From a virus (taxonomy: Duplodnaviria; Caudoviricetes), in IMG/VR virus record IMGVR_UViG_3300014205_000016, positions 7,882 to 71,881 of that record: 64,000 nucleotides of DNA; one strand, given 5' to 3'. This document shows positions 61,773 through 64,000 of the stretch, piece after piece. A program made the position numbers and the translations under genes. The notes under the pieces were generated by a model. It was not told the DNA's origin and made no database searches. It saw nothing but the letters and a program-made list of their open reading frames with translations. Each line of letters begins with the position of its first letter. Positions within the stretch are counted from its first letter, which is position 1.

Positions 61773-62189
61773 TTACTCCTTATTGGCCTCAGCCACGATC
61801 TTGAATGCAGGACCCATCAACTTGGTGGCTTCTGCGATGAACGACACCGCCATCTCAGCGCCTGCAGCAGCCCAATAACTAGGCTTTTCTGCGTGGGTCT
61901 TTGGATCGATATCGTTGAAGAGCAGGACGGCCTCGAAAACGATCTGGATGTTCTTCCAGGTCTCAAGGTGGTTGTCAATCAACGCGGAAGTCTTCAGTGG
62001 CAATTCGTTCTCGCCAACGATCACTTTTGCGAAGGACAAAACCTCCATGATGTAGGCCAGCCGCGCCTCTTTATCGGTGGTCGACGCAAAGTCGAAAAAC
62101 TTGCGCTGGATATCCCAACCTTCCATTGCAGAAAATGGATAGATTTTGACGGTTTTGATTTGGCCGTTATTGCCTACGATCTCAATCAT
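61773..62189 (-). CDS. Tail assembly chaperone
   Basis: Immediately upstream of tape measure; 138 aa. Confidence 0.65.
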   Translation of the reverse strand: MIEIVGNNGQIKTVKIYPFSAMEGWDIQRKFFDFASTTDKEARLAYIMEVLSFAKVIVGENELPLKTSALIDNHLETWKNIQIVFEAVLLFNDIDPKTHAEKPSYWAAAGAEMAVSFIAEATKLMGPAFKIVAEANKE

Positions 62190-62196
62190 GATACAC

Positions 62197-62793
62197 CTAA
62201 AAGTTGGCTGAGATTTTATTATACAGCGATTGCACAGAGTCGGTCAAATTGCCAGTAACGCTCTTAATCCCGTCTTTTGCGACACTACCAGGAAGTTGAA
62301 TGCGAATGCCGAAGTGCGATCTGTTGGCAGGGTCTGACGGGTTGTATGCGTCATCTATAGTAGGCTTGAACTGTTCGAACTCAGCAACTAGTTCATTTGC
62401 CGATATCATATCTTTAGATTGCGTGATAGTTAAGTCAATCATCATCATCGCCTCTGATATAATCGACTTAGAGGTGATGGAAAACGTCCTGGTTGGACTC
62501 ACAAGCGCACCCATCATATCCTCAATGGTTGATAGGTCGGTGCTTATAACGGTCATCTTGATCTTGACAGGGCGGATGATTTTGCCGTTTCGAGTATCAA
62601 CGTCAAGGAGGTCTGTGTAAATGGACTCCTCGGTAAAACTTTTGTTGGACAGCGGGTTATCTGTCACAGAGGACTCAAGCATTACATCAACACTTTTGAC
62701 TGCCAAACCAGCCCAGCTTTGATAGCCGTCCGATTCATTGGTGATCTTCAATGGCGAGGCAGAGAAAAGATAGGATAGTGCTGAATTGGCCAT
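62197..62793 (-). CDS. Dit-like tail/baseplate protein
   Basis: VKSVDV...TDNPL...IIRPVKIKMTV; paralog of 62801..63328. Confidence 0.6.
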   Translation of the reverse strand: MANSALSYLFSASPLKITNESDGYQSWAGLAVKSVDVMLESSVTDNPLSNKSFTEESIYTDLLDVDTRNGKIIRPVKIKMTVISTDLSTIEDMMGALVSPTRTFSITSKSIISEAMMMIDLTITQSKDMISANELVAEFEQFKPTIDDAYNPSDPANRSHFGIRIQLPGSVAKDGIKSVTGNLTDSVQSLYNKISANF

Positions 62794-62800
62794 GGGTCAC

Positions 62801-63328
62801 CTATGCACTAATTGACGTGCTAATCTTGGCATACAGATCAGCAACGGAGTCTTTCGCTTTATTCAGGGCGGCAATGCCGCGCTCGATTACTGAAGAGTCG
62901 GATTTATTGGCGAATATGACCGGGCTGACGTTTTCGATTAGAATTTGCTTGAACGACATCCTTACCGGACTCGCAGATAACATGTCAGGCGACTGACGAA
63001 TGAACTCCGAGTCGACCATCAAATTGGCGAATATCAAGCCGCGTGAAGTAATTTGGTACAGTGATGTTCGGTCACTCATTATTGAGTTCACCTGATCCAG
63101 CACGTTCAAGTCTGGACAGATCACATCAACTGACATCCTTGTTGGGCGAACAGTCTTTGAGTCAGTTACTGTGGAGCCATCCTCAAGCATTTGGCGTTGA
63201 GGCTCGGCAGTCAACTTAATTGACGCGTTGACGATTTTAACGTCAAACCTGGTTGACGTCTTGGTTGATTGGTTATATACAACGAACGGCGATGACCCCA
63301 GCAGGGTTGAAATGATGCTGTTGGCCAT
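62801..63328 (-). CDS. Dit-like tail/baseplate protein
   Basis: QMLEDGSTVTDSKTVRPTRMSV...SFKQI. Confidence 0.65.
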   Translation of the reverse strand: MANSIISTLLGSSPFVVYNQSTKTSTRFDVKIVNASIKLTAEPQRQMLEDGSTVTDSKTVRPTRMSVDVICPDLNVLDQVNSIMSDRTSLYQITSRGLIFANLMVDSEFIRQSPDMLSASPVRMSFKQILIENVSPVIFANKSDSSVIERGIAALNKAKDSVADLYAKISTSISA

Positions 63329-63334
63329 GTGGAA

Positions 63335-63826
63335 TTATCCCAGGATGCTTTGGGCAATATCGGCGATGACTTGGGTGGCCGATTGAGCCCCGGTGATGCC
63401 GCCAAATACGAATGTGAACGTGTTACTTTTCTTTCTGCCGGAAGTCTCGATGCTGTCGACCAACGGACCTCTCAAAATGGTCCCGTTGGTGAGTATAACC
63501 CTGCCCCCGTCCGGGTATGTGATTACCATTGACGTTACGTCGGACAACGGGATCAGCTTTTTTGCGCCTTTTTTGCTAGCCAACAAAATCTTCAAGTTGG
63601 CATCGTCATCACTGCCGGGGATAACCGAGACGGAGAGCTCAACTGGCGCGGCCTTGTCGAAAGAAAAGAGCGTGCCATCATAAAGCATCTCATAGCCAAC
63701 CGCCTCGATATCCTTTGCAGAGATTGGTTCTGCGTCGTCAGCAAACTTAGACAGAGAAAATCCCATCGGAAACGATTGCAACGCAACGATGGCGATTCCC
63801 GTTCCAAATCCGCTAACGTCAATCAT
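63335..63826 (-). CDS. Tail tube-like structural protein
   Basis: MIDVSGFG...FPMGFSLSKFADD...GRKKSNTFTFVF resembles PB1-like tube-family proteins (recall). Confidence 0.7.
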   Translation of the reverse strand: MIDVSGFGTGIAIVALQSFPMGFSLSKFADDAEPISAKDIEAVGYEMLYDGTLFSFDKAAPVELSVSVIPGSDDDANLKILLASKKGAKKLIPLSDVTSMVITYPDGGRVILTNGTILRGPLVDSIETSGRKKSNTFTFVFGGITGAQSATQVIADIAQSILG

Positions 63827-63835
63827 GGCAAACCC

Positions 63836-64000
63836 TTATTTTTTGGTTTCTGTAGTATCGACCACAGGAGCGTCGACCACAGGAGCGTCGATGACCGGGG
63901 CGTCGACCACAGGAGCGTCGACCACAGGAGCGTCGACCACAGGAGCGTCGACCACAGGAGCGTCGACCACAGGAGCGTCGACCACAGGAGCGTCGACCAC
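63836..64000 (-). CDS. Tail-region protein with C-terminal (VVDAP)n repeat (5'-truncated)
   Basis: Minus frame reads ...VVDAPVVDAPVIDAPVVDAPVVDTTETKK-stop (TAA at 63838-63836). Confidence 0.7.
   Translation of the reverse strand: MVDAPVVDAPVVDAPVVDAPVVDAPVVDAPVVDAPVIDAPVVDAPVVDTTETKK
63856..64000. repeat. 15-bp tandem repeat cgtcgaccacaggag
   Basis: Nine full units (two variant) plus a partial one, continuing past the window end. Confidence 0.95.

Noticed and set aside
63856-64000. CRISPR array or terminal repeat interpretation of the 15-bp repeat
   Set aside because: No spacers; units are contiguous and translate in frame as VVDAP
1-64000. Prophage/temperate signature, tRNA genes, introns or inteins
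   Set aside because: No integrase, repressor-antirepressor switch, att-like pair or host genes recognised; no tRNA-like sequence spotted by eye (tRNAscan-SE would confirm); terL, dnaE and helicases show no large insertions

Overview
This window is most of the genome of a lytic, contractile-tailed (myo-type) bacteriophage. Gene order and protein motifs closely parallel PB1-like phages (Pbunavirus and relatives, Lindbergviridae); the assignment is by recall, not by a search, and the host is probably a gammaproteobacterium such as Pseudomonas. Layout: (i) 1-5 kb, minus-strand head genes (DUF2213 protease/scaffold running off the left edge, MuF, portal with a C-terminal InPase-like domain); (ii) 5-21.7 kb, plus-strand accessory genes driven by many sigma70-like promoters, including an SGNH-hydrolase module, with terL (minus) embedded; (iii) 21.9-34.5 kb, minus-strand terS-like gene, hypotheticals, VapE-like NTPase and RepB-type primase; (iv) 34.7-52.2 kb, plus-strand replication and nucleotide genes (Dda-like helicase, putative base-modification cluster, DnaQ, DnaE, SNF2 helicase, Rz/Rz1, MazG, ligase); (v) 52.2-64 kb, minus-strand endolysin, tail fibre, baseplate, tape measure and tail genes. 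Major capsid, sheath and tube genes are expected just outside the window. No integrase, tRNA, rRNA or CRISPR array was recognised. Best leads: (1) a putative DNA-hypermodification pathway (UDP-galactopyranose-mutase-like flavoenzyme, motif-altered ThyX, HAD/DUF6378-like fusion, SDR, VOC enzyme, plus a tandem MazG) next to the phage DnaE; (2) an array of repeated hairpin-promoter-leader cassettes with compensatory base changes, each driving one small gene, including a diverging tandem duplication; (3) a ~290-bp non-coding element present twice with conserved spacing; (4) a probable AUC start codon for terL. All functional calls come from motif recognition by eye.
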